A DNA stretch of 64,000 nucleotides from Octopus sinensis (GCF_006345805.1 NC_042999.1:124186001-124250000); one strand, 5' to 3'; positions 35,698 to 49,268 are shown, numbered from the stretch's first letter. A program made the numbers and translations. Notes: a model not told the origin generated them from the sequence alone.

Positions 35698-36260
35698 CAC
35701 CCATGCCAACCCCCCATGCTTGCGAAGACATGTTGGGGCAAGCGAAATCAAAATCGAAACCGAATTGAACCAGCCAGGATCCCTGGCCTGGTGGTACGTA
35801 AAAAGCACTATCTGACTCGTGGCCGTGGCACGTAAAATACTCCAATGCGACCGTACGACAGGCACCCATGCCAACCCCCTTTGCTTGTGAAGACATGTTG
35901 GGGCAAGCGAAATCGAAATCGAATTGAACCAGCCAGGATCCCTGGTCTGGTGGTACGTAAAAAGCACTATCCGACTCGTGGCTGTGGCACGTAAAATACT
36001 CCAATGCGACCGTACGACAGGCACCCATGCCAACCCCCTTTGCTTGTGAAGACATGTTGGGGCAAGCGAAATCGAATTGAACCAGCCAGGATCCCTGGTC
36101 TGGTGTTACGTAAAAAGCACTATCCGACTCGTGGCCGATGCCAGCACCGCTTCGACTGGCTTCCGTGCCGGTGGCACATAAAATACACCAATCTGACCGT
36201 GGCCGTTGCCAGCCCCGCCTGGCACCTGTGCAGGTGGCACGTAAAAAGCACCCACTACAC
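35698..36260 (+). repeat. LINE 3' UTR tandem repeats (~160-165 bp x2.7, built on a ~65-bp sub-unit)
   Basis: CACCCATGCCAACCCCC at 35698, 35863, 36022; GTGG(C/T)ACGTAAAA(A/T)(G/A)C motif about 7 times. Confidence 0.93.
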
Positions 36261-36549
36261 TCACAGAGTGGTTGGCGTTAGGAAGGGCATCCAGCTGTAG
36301 AAACATTGCCATATTAGACTGGAGCCTGGTGCAGCCTTCTGGCTTCCCAGAACCCCGGTCGAACCGTCCAACCCATGCTAGCATGGAGAACGGACGTTAA
36401 ACGACGATGATGATGATGATGATGAAATGCACATACAGAGAGATACACACACAAGCACAATGAGACACACACACATATGTATTATATATATATATATTAT
36501 ATACACATACACACCACATGTGCACACACACATAGACACACACACACAC

Positions 36550-36580
<31 letters not shown>

Positions 36581-37047
36581 CAGAGACAGAGTATGTGTGA
36601 GTACGAGTATACTTATATGTGTAGCATTGTCTCTACTGGTGTTATTATACACTCGTATATCAATCAAAGTAAATATCAATAAAAGTTATATTCCTTTTAT
36701 AAGTGAAATGAACCCCTTCTTGGAAGAACAGAGCAACTAAATTATTGAAGCAGTGGAAGCAAAATCAATTCTGGTTAGCAGAACTTGAAAAAGAATGTGT
36801 TTATTATGAAAATACTCGGTGGAATTGGAAATAAATCACCCATGAAATCTATCACTCACTGCTTTTCGAAACTATGGCCTTTTTTCTTGGAGGTGTGGCA
36901 TTAAAACATATTCCCAAAAGTACTCCCAAACAGCCAACTGCATTGGAAAGTTTTGTGAAGCCAAATGTAGAGAAAGAGAGAGAGAGAGAAGACAGACAGA
37001 AAGAAAGTTAGAAAGGGGAAGGTATGGATATATACATACATATATAT

Positions 37048-37078
<31 letters not shown>

Positions 37079-37543
37079 GCGAGAGAGAGAGAGAGAGAGA
37101 GAGATGCACATACAAGGAATGAAAGAGAAAGATTGAAATGAAATAAAGTTTCTGTTTACTTATTTATTTTTCTCTCTGATAAAGACTCATCTGCATGAAA
37201 AACATGCAATAAGGTATTCTCAAAAACACCACCAACACAAAATAACAAGACATAAAAATTAGATTTCTTTCACACGAATCTGTGGAACTCATACTTCATT
37301 CATTTGTTCGTTCATTCATTCTTCTGCGGGGGGGGGGGGTTCTGTTTGTTTGTTTTTTTATTTGTTTTTTTTTTATATTTTTTTATATTTATTTTTTATA
37401 AAATATTTCTTGCTCTATGTTATGTGCTTATTCTCTTCAAGCATTGATAAAGTACTCTTATAATTTAATAACCACCTAGAAACTTCTATTCAAATGTTGC
37501 AACATACAGTCTAATATACAAACACATGCACATGTATGTGTGC

Positions 37544-37579
<36 letters not shown>

Positions 37580-37794
37580 TTATATTGTATATATATATAT
37601 TGTATATATATGTATTCGTATGTGTGTATATATATTTGTGTGTGTATGTGTATTTATATATTTCTGTATATATGTATGGGCATGTATGAATGTATATATA
37701 CATAGACATATGTGTGTGTGTCTTGTGCATGTATATGTGTTTTTATGTGTATATAATATGTATATTATACATACACACACGTACACACACATAC

Positions 37795-37833
<39 letters not shown>

Positions 37834-38444
37834 TAGACAGCCAGATAGATAGGTTGATAGACAGACAGATAGATAGGTTGATAGACAGACAGACAGATAG
37901 ACAGCCAGATAGATAGGTTGATAGACAGCCAGATAGATAGGTTGATAGATAGACGGACGGACAGACAGACAGACAATTAGATGTGACTGAATGATGTTGG
38001 AATAGATGCTACTAGATTGTTATTAAATTAGAAAACTAAGTGGACCAGAGAAGTTAAAAATCTCGCCAACATAGTAAACTGCCGGAACAAAGCACCTTCA
38101 GCACACAGAATGCAAATAAATGCCAAGAAAACAAAGCTGCTGACCATCAACATAAGTGGATTTAGAAATATATCAATACACGTGGCCACAAGCCAATGCA
38201 AGTGTTTCTAGATGGTCACTTCAAGCTGCCGAAATTAGTGGTCAAATCTCTCATAAATCACACTGTTCCATCTTAGAAATGGAATAGTACTTTAGATTAT
38301 GTAGTCCAATATAGACTATCATTAAAATATGTGACAGAATGGTCAAGGCTAGAACATATTTGACCATAGGTCTGCTTGATTAGTTATGGCTGAGCTGATA
38401 TGAGTGACCAACATACATTATTATGGTGATGGTGATCATGATCA

Positions 38445-38670
38445 CCATCATTGTTTTAATGACCTCATTTCCATGCTCACATGGGTCACACAGAATTTGC
38501 TGGCAGGGATTTTCAACACTCTGATGATGCCCACGATGTCACCAACACTCACATGTTTCTAAGTAAGGTAATATTTGCCATTTACTATATATGTTTTCTT
38601 GGAAAATTGGAAATGAAGTGTACCATTTGCATGATGGTGACTCTATTTGTAACTCTCATGTGACATCAAG
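38445..38670 (-). mobile_element. Old SINE with RTE-type tail
   Basis: CATCATTGTTTTAATG..TTTCCATGCT tail; body homologous to 51750-51880. Confidence 0.55.
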
Positions 38671-38747
38671 ACAAAAAAACAGTAGCACACTTATATACAT
38701 ACACACACACACACAGTTAGATAGATAGATAGATAGATAGATAGATG

Positions 38748-39075
38748 TCAGGCATGGTTATATGGTAAGAAACTTGCTTCTCAACCACATGGTGCTGGGT
38801 TTAGTCCCACTGCATGGTACCTTGCGTAAGTGTCTTCTATTATAGCCTTAATCCACCATCATCATTGTTCAACCGTGGTTGAGACAATGGAATTTACTAT
38901 GTTACGCCAGACTTCATGGTCCATCATAGCATTACGGAGGTCCTGTTGCTGGATGCCTGTATCCTTGGAGATTGCATCAGGGTAGGAGAGTGTGCGCCTT
39001 AATCCAACCTAAACCATGTCAATGGATTTGGCCGATGGACAGAAACTGAAAAGAAGCCCATCGTGTATATATATG

Positions 39076-39113
<38 letters not shown>

Positions 39114-39350
39114 AAATTATGTGTGACTTTGTGTCTGTCCCCCCCCCCGCCCCACTACCATTGCTTGGCAACCAATGTTGGTATGATTATATCCTCACAA
39201 CTTAGCAGTTCAACAAAACAGTCCAGTAGAATAAGTACCAGGCTTACAAAGAATAAGTCCTGGAGTCGATTTCTTCAGCTAAAAAGGCAGAGCTCCAGCA
39301 TGGCTGCAGTCAAATGACTGAAACAAGTAAAAGAATAAATGAATAAAAGA
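38748..39350 (+). mobile_element. SINE family A interrupted by an RTE 3' end
   Basis: Head at 38748-38850, resumes at 39007, tail GACTGAAACAAGTAAAAG. Confidence 0.88.
38856..38995 (-). mobile_element. 5'-truncated LINE of a second RTE family, with 11-bp TSD
   Basis: Minus strand RRTLSYPDAISKDTG...AMMDHEVWRNIV...* then (TGA)n; GCCTTAATCCA at 38845-38855 and 38996-39006. Confidence 0.85.
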
Positions 39351-39832
39351 ATATACATACATATATATATGATTTTGATTTTTCCAGTTTCAGCTAATGA
39401 GCTGTGGCCATGCTGGGGCACCGCCATATATATATATACACACACATATATATTTATGATTTATGTACCCATGCATGTGTATGTATATGTATATGTATGT
39501 TTCTAAGTTTGCATGTGTTTATGTATATAAGTATATATGTATGCACATCTTTGTGTTTGTTTCCCCACTTGACAACTTGTATTGGTTTGCTTACATACCT
39601 ATAACTAAGTGGTTTGGCAAGACATGGTCAATAGTCTAAGTACAAGACCAAAATAAGTACTGGCATTGATTTGTTCGACTAAACTCTTAAAAGAAGTTCC
39701 TTCACATGATCACAGTGAAATGACTGGAATACAGACAGACTGATACACAGACAGACAGACACACACACACATATAGACAGACAGATGAATAGACAGAAAG
39801 TCAGACAGACAGACAGACAGATAGATAATATT

Positions 39833-40420
39833 CATGTGGCTGTGTGGTAAGTTTGCTTCCCAACCACATGGTTCCAGGTTCAGTCCCACTGCATGGCACC
39901 TTGGGCAAGTGTCTTCCTCTATAGCTTTGGGGTGCCAAAGCCATGTGAGTGGATTTGGTAGGCAGAAACTGAAAAGAAGCCTGTCGGAGCACTGCATCCT
40001 TTAAAACTTCCATGCTTTCTGAGATTCGCCAACACTACACCTGATTTTCTCCCCTCCATACACACACAAGCATGTATCTGACTCATACACTGTTCGCTTT
40101 CCAGACATTTGTACTTTATATGCACTTTCTGACAAGTTGTGGTGCACCTGAGCACTGTATACAATAACTTCATTATTATTATTATTATATATATATATAC
40201 ATATATATGTGTGTGTGCATGTGTTTGTTCCCCAATACTGCTTGACAACCAGTGGTTGTGTGTTTACATCTTTGTAACTAAGAAGTTTGGCAAAAAGACT
40301 GATAGAATAAGTACTAAGTTTAAAAACTAAAAAGTACTGGGATCAATTCAATTGACTAAAATACTTCAAGGTCGTGCTCCAGCAAGGCCGCAGTCTAATA
40401 ACTGAAACAATTAAAATAAT
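39833..40420 (+). mobile_element. SINE family A interrupted by a LINE 3' end
   Basis: Head to AAGAAGCCTGTCG (39986), resumes at (TA)n ~40187. Confidence 0.88.
39987..40186 (+). mobile_element. 3' end of a CR1/L2-like LINE with (ATT)n tail
   Basis: STASFKTSMLSEIRQHYT* then UTR and (ATT)n; last 45 nt recur at 43681-43727. Confidence 0.65.
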
Positions 40421-40560
40421 AAATGAATATATATATATAAATGATATATATATATATATGTATAAATTTTTATATAAATAAGGATAAGATCATTATTTAA
40501 AATACTGATAGTGGCCAGCATGGGAATAAAAATCTTATAGGTATTAATTATAATTATACT

Positions 40561-40698
40561 TAAGGGTATCTAAGAGATACCACCATGCTAGAAACAGCAG
40601 TCAAAACTTTTCACTTTGTGCTGTATGAATGCATGAAGTGGTTTTAGAGTCGTTTTGACTGCTATCTCTAGCATGGTGGTATCTCTTAAATACCTTAT
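40561..40698. repeat. Fold-back palindrome, ~47-bp arms with 44-bp spacer
   Basis: AAGGGTATCTAAGAGATACCACCATGCTAGAAACAGCAGTCAAAAC versus GTTTTGACTGCTATCTCTAGCATGGTGGTATCTCTTAAATACCTT. Confidence 0.9.
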
Positions 40699-41414
40699 TA
40701 CAATTTTAATAATATATATGTGCATGTATGTATGTGTGCATGTATGTATGTGTATATATATATATATACACACATACATACATGCACACATACATACATG
40801 CACACATACATACATACATGCACACATACATACATACATACATACATACATACATACATACAAGCATATCTATAAGCACACTCTACTACATTTAGCACAC
40901 TTGTTATACATTTCTAATAGAAATGTATGGAGTTGGTTAATATTTGTTGATAAATGTTGTTTATATATTTATATCTATCATTTCACTGATTGTTACTTGC
41001 TTTTCCTATGAAATTCTGAAATATTTCTCTACAATCCTAATCACCACACATACAACCAACTACATACTCACCAAAACACAGACACAAACACACAAACATA
41101 TATACATACACCATGCACATGTATGCGTATACATGCATTTTCACACACTCTTCTTACATATACATATTACAATAAGTAAGATCATATATTTACAGCTGAC
41201 ATTCTATTTGTCCATGGATAAGTCTCTCAGATTATGTTTGCATTGCAGACAAGCTGGTGCCATTCCTATTTCTGTACTTTCTTGGGATCATTATGGTAAG
41301 GTTTACTGACAGAGAAATTTATACAGCTCACTCTATCATGTTGCTTGCGTTCTATTAATATATTTGCCCAAGGCACTTTAGTTACTATTGTCTGTATACT
41401 TGAAAAAAACATAT

Positions 41415-41600
41415 CCTTTATCGTTTTGTTCATTAAACTGTGGCCATGCTGGGGCACCACTTTAACGAATTGACTACTGTACTTATTTATTTATTTTTTT
41501 TACCAAACTTTTTTGCAAAACTGTTAAGTTATAGGGATGTAAACACACCAACACTGGTTGTCAGGCAAAGGTGGGGGAACAAACACACACACAAACACAC
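41415..41600 (-). mobile_element. Diverged SINE family A 3' part
   Basis: TGTGGCCATGCTGGGGCACC...GGGATGTAAACACACCAACAC. Confidence 0.7.
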
Positions 41601-41647
41601 ACACATATATATATGTTTGTATATACATATATATATAGAGAGAGAGA

Positions 41648-41783
41648 CAGGGGCGGACTGAGGCATAATTGTTTACAGATCCCCTTTGAATGTTTTAGTA
41701 GAGTTAGCATGTAGAGTGCGGACCCCTCAGAGCTCTGGACCCTCAAGCAGTGCCTGACTGACCAACAGCTCAGTCTGTCCCTA
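41648..41783. mobile_element. Short MITE with GC-rich imperfect TIRs
   Basis: CAGGGGCGGACTGA ... TCAGTCTGTCCCTA. Confidence 0.55.
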
Positions 41784-41829
41784 TTTATAGGTATGATGGA
41801 CTCTCCTATCATATGAGCATTCAGCTTTT

Positions 41830-42020
41830 TGCCAAACAACCTGCACAAATGATTTGTTTATAATGATTAAATGTTTGTGCACCATGCATCAGGTGTCAAA
41901 GTAATCACAGAGTAAGGTGAGATGAAGGATTTTGCTCTAGAACACAACACACAGTCTAGGAATTGAAACCACAATCTCGTGATCATGAGTAGAGCACCCT
42001 AACCACTAGGTCATACCCTA
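41830..42020 (-). mobile_element. SINE family C-like
   Basis: GGAATTGAAACC (B-box rc) and CCCTAACCACTAGGTCA (A-box rc), TTTGCTCTAGAACACAA core. Confidence 0.65.
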
Positions 42021-42206
42021 TCACCTATGTATACACATATATATATTTATATATATAAAATAATAATAATAATAATAATAATAAGGATTATTATGAAGTA
42101 GAGCATAGCATTACCTTTAATTCCTATATATATATAGATAGATAGATAGATATAATTATAAAATTATAAGGGTAACTACTGAGTAATGCCACATAATTAT
42201 ATTTAT

Positions 42207-42432
42207 GGCGAGCTGGCAGAAACGTTAGTACGCCGGACGAAATGCGTAACCGTATTTCGTCTGTCGTTATATTCTGAGTTCAAATTCCGCCAAGGTCGAC
42301 TTTGCTTTTCATCCTTTCGGGGTCGAGAGATTAAGTACCAGTTGTGCACTGGGGTCGATGTAATCGACTTAATCCGTTTGTCTGTCCTTGTTTGTCCCCT
42401 CTGTGTTTAACCCCTTGTGGGTAGTAAAGAAA
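42207..42432 (+). mobile_element. SINE family B, full-length young copy
   Basis: GGCGAGCTGGCAGAAACGTTAG...GAGTTCAAATTCCGCC...GTCGACTTTGCTTTTCATCCTTTCGGGGTCGA...AAGTACCAG; CpG-rich. Confidence 0.93.
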
Positions 42433-42799
42433 TATATATTTATAAATTTAAATACTTTGTATTAATTTTTTCTTAAATTGGTTTTTACATGTTGGCTACT
42501 TGATAAAGATCCTATATAGATTTTACCCTTGATTATAATTGATATAGATATATACTATAATACCGGTGCAATTTCTTCTATAATACTGGTACAGTTTCTT
42601 CAGGCTCTTCACTTTAATATTTTTTGATTTAACTGTTAAAAGATTTTTACTTATCTTCTCTGCATTGTATGATATATAGTTGTTCATTAATTTAGACACA
42701 AACTATATTCAATTGAAGTTATGCTTGGATAATCACTTGTAGCCAGTTATTTCAAAACATTCTGTTCTTTAAATGTTTATTACTCATTTATATATACAT

Positions 42800-42955
42800 A
42801 TATATGATGGGCTTCTCTCAGTTTCTATCTACCAAGTCCACTCACAAAGCTTTGGTCCACCAAATGCTATAGTAGAAGACACTTGCTCAGAGTTCTATGC
42901 AGTGGGACTGAACATGGAACTATGTGGTTGGGAAGCAAGCTTCTTACCACTCAGC
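42800..42955 (-). mobile_element. SINE family A, 5' half
   Basis: GATGGGCTTCTCTCAGTTTC...GGGACTGAAC...CTTACCAC. Confidence 0.82.
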
Positions 42956-43737
42956 GATGCAGTGAAATGAAAATAAAAAATATGAGCACTACATTACAAC
43001 ATTTTTATAACCTTTACAGAAATAATTATCTATTGAGAACAAGCTTCACCACTTTGGTGCATGTTTAGCCAATTGGCAAAGAAAGCACAGAAGTCATTGG
43101 AGGTCTTTGTAGATTTTTTTTATTTGTTTTATTCATTTACCGCTTGTTTGTCTATTTATTAGTTTTTTTTGTGAGAGTAGCTTGTAGTATTTCACTCCAA
43201 AACCTACCTTTTGTACTGGAAATAACAAAATCACTTTATCATCAATGAAGATACCATTTTGGAGGGAGAGGGTTGGAACGAAGGAAAGGGGGATAAGGGA
43301 AGATGTTGGAGGCAAGGTGTTGGGGAAGGATATCAGGAGAAGAAGATTGTATGTTGTTGGCTTTTGCATTTGTTTTTTTTTTAAATTCCTTTCAGCCACA
43401 AGAGATTTGTGGAACTGAACTATCTTTGGTTCCAGCCCAGTGCAATTTTTCAGAACAGTTACTTTCAGTCACGATAAAAAAAAATATCTTGTAAATGAAA
43501 AATACAATAAAATGAATAAACACTTCTATATATATATATATATATATATACTTTGATAGGTTTCGGCCATTATTGGCCCAGGCCACGTCTAACTTAATAG
43601 CACCACCTGGTAAATATATATATATATGTGTGTGTGTATACATGTGTACCCACACAAATACACACACACACATATATATATTTGTGGTGTACCTGAGCAC
43701 TGTATACAATAATTTCATTATTATTATAAATATATAT

Positions 43738-43805
<68 letters not shown>

Positions 43806-43999
43806 TTATCTAGGTATGATCAACTAACATCTATGTTCCATGCTTTCCATGCTGGTATGCATGTATACATACATATATACATACATGCATATACATATGT
43901 ATATATATATGTGTGTGTGTATATATATATGTATGTATATATACATACACACACACATATATCCATATGTATACGGGCATATGTATATGCATGTGTATG

Positions 44000-44050
<51 letters not shown>

Positions 44051-44455
44051 GGCACAGGAGTAGCTGTGTGGTAAGTAGCTTGGTTACCAACCACATGGTT
44101 CTGGGTTCATTCCCACTGCGTAGCAGCTTAGGCAAGTGTCTTCTGCTATAGCCTCGGGCCGATCAAAGCCTTGTGAGTAGATTTGGTAGACGGAAACTGA
44201 AAGAAGCCTGTCGTGTATATGTACATATATATGTATGTGAGTGTATATGTTTGTATGTCTGTGTTTGTCCCCCCCTCCAACATCACTTGACAACCGATGG
44301 TGGTTTGTTTGCATCCCTGTAACTTAGCGGTTTGACAAAAAAGACCGATAGAATAAGTACTAGGCTTCCAAAGAATAAGTCCTGGGGTCGATTTGCTCGA
44401 CTAAAGGCAGTGCTCCAGCAAGGCTGCAGTCAAATAACTGAAACAAGTAAAAGAG
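44051..44455 (+). mobile_element. SINE family A (full length)
   Basis: GGCACAGGAGTAGCTGTGTGGTAAG through ACTGAAACAAGTAAAAGAG. Confidence 0.93.
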
Positions 44456-44613
44456 GAAGAGAAAGATGTATATCTTAAGCATATAATAATAAGAATATAA
44501 TTATATAAATATAACTATAATTAAGGGTGCTGGAACATAATCATTTTAATGATTATCTCCTCAGTTTATAAATATATATGTGTGTTTGTGTGTATATATG
44601 TGTGTGTGTGTGT

Positions 44614-44644
<31 letters not shown>

Positions 44645-47019
44645 AATGCATGTATTATAATTTTTAACATGCCTTATTGCATTTTGAAGGAACAAAATCA
44701 GGAGAAAGCTTCCTGCTGGAAGATAAAGTGAAAGACTATATCTCTTCAGTTACCTTATTTTGTTGTTTTTCACTTTCTTAATAATCCTATTATTGTAGTT
44801 AATACATTAACTACAATAATAATGATGGTGGTGATGACAGCAATCACAACAACAATGACAACAGTGGCAGTGGTGGCAATGGTAGCAGAGGTGGTTGCAA
44901 TGGTGGTTGTGATGCTGCTGGTTGTGGTGTCTTTGACAATAATGTTGAGGTAGTGATGAAGGTAATGAAGGGAAAAGAGATGGCAATTTTGTTGTTGTTG
45001 TTGTTATATTTCCTGTTGCTGTTGTTGTTGTTGCTGCTGCTTCTGTTGTTGTTCTTTTATTTTTAAATAAACCACCTTTTGTTTTTCTGACAATAAAAAT
45101 ATGTAAGTTCACCAACAACGGACATTAGCCTGCTGAGAAGCTTTGTGTTTATTCATATTCTTCTTCTCTTTTAGCCTTTTGATTTGCATCAATAGTAAAT
45201 AGACTGATAAATAGACAGAATTTCCTTTTCACTTTTCATGTTACACAGGAAAAAAGAAAAATTAAATAAAGAAGATGAGGCCTTCACTAATAAGCTACAG
45301 TTGGGTTAAGATAAGAACATATAATCCAGTTTGTAGATTCTGTAATGGAGCTTTTACTAAAGGAAAAGAAAGATTGATGGAAAAAGCTAGGTGGGTAGGG
45401 AATTGTTTTAAGGGAATTTCTTTGTAACAAAGAATTAATAAACCAAAAACTACACTGGGTAGTGTTTATATCTGGGTATCTAGACTTAGAAAAGGATGGA
45501 GAAGCAGCTGTAAAGAGAATGTGTATTATGGTTGATTAGATGGTAAAAGAAAAGGAAATTTCTTTAAAGTTGTTACTATTTTAAATTTTTTGTGTGCATG
45601 TAGTAGTATTTTTGACAAGACAAATGGACAATCAATGATCTTTGATTCCATGACCACAGTTAAATGGCTTACTAATAACAATATACTACCAATTTCCTAT
45701 CTTAGCGATAGAAATAGTTTCTCACACATTTCCCCCATAAAATCTTGATTGCTTATAAAACAATATTAGAAGTCAATTTATTTGTATTCCCTACAACTGT
45801 GTATTAGTAAATGTTTGCACGTACCAAGAATACACAAATGAATTGAATAAGTTTCTTAGCTCAAAGGGATTTCTTTCTATTCATGCATGTGACTTGTGTC
45901 TCATTTATAACTCTGTTGACGAATACCAAACTACGTCTGATATTCTTCTTTTTTCTTTTTTTAATTATCATGGCTACATTAATAATAACAATATTATCAA
46001 ATATTGACTATAAATCCTAGGCACAGAAAATAATATTACATGTGATTTAAGTGGTTTTTATATGAAAGAGCCAATCATTAGTAAATCAAATATTTTAAGT
46101 AGAGAGAAAAGAAAGGCCAGTAGAAAGATTTTGGAATATATATATATTGACAACCTTTTGACAAATGTTAAATATTACAGCTCTTAGAGATACATACAAT
46201 ATTAATGATACAGTTATTAGTCACTTAAGGCACTACTTGTCAACATAACAATACCATTGTAATATTAGTGTTGCTTTGTACTGAAAAGACCATGTCAGAT
46301 ATGCTCGAACACTTCAATATTTTTCTGGTTCCACTATTGGTTTTTCTTTCTATATTTTTTCCTTTTGTTTTTCTGTTTCTTTTCTTCTCCTTCCTACTTT
46401 CATTATTCTAATTTGTTCTTCTTCTTTTGTTTCCATTCTATACAATATCTATAGAGGAATATTTCATTTATTCAAAAATCAGTAATTCTATGAAACAGAA
46501 TTCCATTACAATTTTCCTTTTAAATTGTGTTGTATTTAACATTTTATTGAAATTCTTTTTGCAAAAGAGAAGAACAATAATTGGTTTGATGATAACAATG
46601 AATAAAGATTTAAAAGACCTCCAGCAGACAAAGTTTAGACAACACAGACCCTTCTCAAATTAGCCTTCCATCACCTACAAAAAATGCTGTGTTTGGCATT
46701 ATTCTGAGCAAGCTAAGGAAGATGACAGACCCATGATTGCTAAGCAAAAAGCAGAGGAGATACAGTACAAAGTATCTAGTTGATTCAATTAGTTATTATT
46801 CTCTATAGGTTGGTCTTAAACACACACATCACATGGTTGTATACACTCACATACACATAAACAAACACACTTAGGCATAATCATATACATACAAATGTAC
46901 ATACATACATACAGAATTCCCAGGTAAGTATCACTAACATTAACATCACCATCCATATAGGCTTGTAAAGACTAAGGACAACGCTCTTACTTCTCTTCTT
47001 TTCCACCTCAAGCTAAATA

Positions 47020-47234
47020 ATCCTTTCTATTATAGGCACAAGGCCTGAAATTTGTGGGAGGGGGATAGTCGATTACATTGACCCTAGTACTCAACTGGTA
47101 CTTATTTTATTGACCCTGAAAGAATGAAAGGTAAAGTCAACCTTGGCGATATTTGAACTCAGAACGTAGTGATGGGCATATTACCGCTAAGCATTGTGTC
47201 CAGCATGCTAACAATTCTGCCAGTTTACCACCTT
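47020..47234 (-). mobile_element. SINE family B
   Basis: CTGGTACTTATTTTATTGACCCTGAAAGAATGAAAGG...TTTGAACTCAGAACG...TTCTGCCAG. Confidence 0.88.
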
Positions 47235-49226
47235 CTCCTCAAGCTAAATAATAAAACCACAAAAGCTCACATCAATGCTCATACACACACACACATCATG
47301 CTTTGAGTGATTAAAACCATTCAGTCAATAGGTTTTTGATGGGATTTTGTTTCAGTCATAACATTGGACCAGAGATAGATACATATGAATAATATCAGAA
47401 TTTTTAGGTCCATCCAACCCAATTCAACATTAAAAAAAAATTCATATCAAACAAACTCATACATTGCCAAATTTATGCATTTTGGTGCATTACTGGAGAT
47501 GATAATGGCTCTGTCTTGATAGCATATTCTTTACTTGCATATTCATGAGATGTCATTCTCATATCATATTCTGATATATACATTTACACCACACACACAC
47601 ACACACACACACAAATGCACTCAAATAGACACACATACACACACATATGTACACATGTATATATTTTTTAAACATATTCAGAGGCATCATATCTTGAAAT
47701 CTTCTTTAAATCTAGATTTATGAGAAAATTGAAACAAAGAAAAAAAAAACAAAAATCTGTTTATTACAAACTAATTATCTAAAAAGAACTAATCTGATAT
47801 ACAGGTTTTTATGTGCTACCATAATCTTAATTCTTTGTATTATCTAAACATAGAAATAAATCAACTTCTTAAAGAAATTACAAGAAATTATGATAAGAAG
47901 TGGGTAAAAGCATAGAGAAAAATAAACGATATTCTTTCAGAAGAATATACAAGATCAATTTAAGCAAAATTTCTGTTGTTTGTTTTATTAAGATCTTTCA
48001 ATAGTCCCATCAGTTTTGTGTATTTTACAGACAACTAAATATTTTCAGAACAAATTCTTTTCTATTTTTTTTACCAATCTTATACAAACTCTCGTTTATA
48101 ACACAGAATTCTACAATAGTTATTATTATTATTATTATTTTATTATTGTTTTTTAGGATAAATCAGAATCTCATATGTAAGCAAATTGTTTTGTTTCCTC
48201 CCCAAAATACTTATTTCTGTGTGGTAAAGGTCATGTTGTCAGATGTAGTGAAAAGAACATTAAAAAATAATTAGAATTTTTGTTTTTTTAATCTTTTAGT
48301 CAGGATCTCCAAGGTTGGTGAAAGTGAAGGAAGAATTTATTCTCAAACCAGTGGTTTAGCCTGAATATATGAAACAGAATGAGTCTACTGAGGATGGCAA
48401 GAGGTGGTGTTAAACCAGGTAACAGATTAAATCTACCACTTAAGATTTATGTGGTGAGAAATGAGAACACTATTAGTTGATGACTAATATCATTTTAATT
48501 ACTCTACAAATATGGGAGGCAATTCCACACATGTTCTGATCTTATTCTTATCTCATCAGCAAATCACATACTTCACTATACTTATCAACATAATGAGAGA
48601 AGAATCACTACATAAATTTAGTTGACTCATGTACTTGACCCCAAAATAATTAAAACAGAATTAAGTGTTTACCATATTTAAATTTCTGCTTTTGATGGGG
48701 TTTTTTTCCCCTTTGCTGTATAAATGTTTCTACTAATCTATATTACATATATTACCACAAACATAACAATTATTTTTCATGTGGATAGCACCTCTGAGTA
48801 ATTAATTTTATGCAGTTTAGTTCACTTAACTGTTGTAAATAGGTACCAGATTTTCAGTGAAGATTATATTCAGTAGAATGCTAGACTTTTCAGCAGATTT
48901 ACCACTCCTTTACTCACAGGAAATTGAAGCTAAGCATTAACCATTATGATTCTGTTGAAATTTTGTTTTCAGATTTTTTTTCTTGTTCAGATATGATTTA
49001 ACACCAACAAATGGTTTTCCAATTTTAACTTCCTGCTTTTTCACTCTTGATTAGTTTTAATGTCTATATTTTGTTCATTTGACTGTGGAAATTAAGTTAA
49101 TTAGTATAGCTAATAAGTTAATAAGTATAGTTAGTTTAGTTAATAAGTTAATTAGCACAGAATGTTTTAGACTAATTATTTCATCAGTTAAATTTTCTTC
49201 AAGTAAACATACATGCATGTGTAAAC

Positions 49227-49268
<42 letters not shown>

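Larger units (their letters stand above)
32345..36424 (+). mobile_element. Near-full-length young RTE-clade non-LTR retrotransposon (5' limit uncertain, may include the array)
   Basis: Single APE-RT ORF, ~820-bp 3' UTR, (GAT)n tail at 36403-36424, CpG-rich. Confidence 0.96.

Noticed and set aside
32890-35741. Alternative-frame and antisense ORFs overlapping the RTE ORF
   Set aside because: Shadow ORFs expected in GC-richer coding DNA; no motifs
35698-36260. Repeat-spacer array in LINE 3' UTR
   Set aside because: The apparent spacers are homologous to each other, so this is a degenerate tandem repeat
37328-37339. G-quadruplex
   Set aside because: Isolated 12-G homopolymer with no supporting context
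48300-48418. Plus-strand coding exon (TTTTAG...CCAG|GTAACA)
   Set aside because: Stops in all three frames, no recognisable protein
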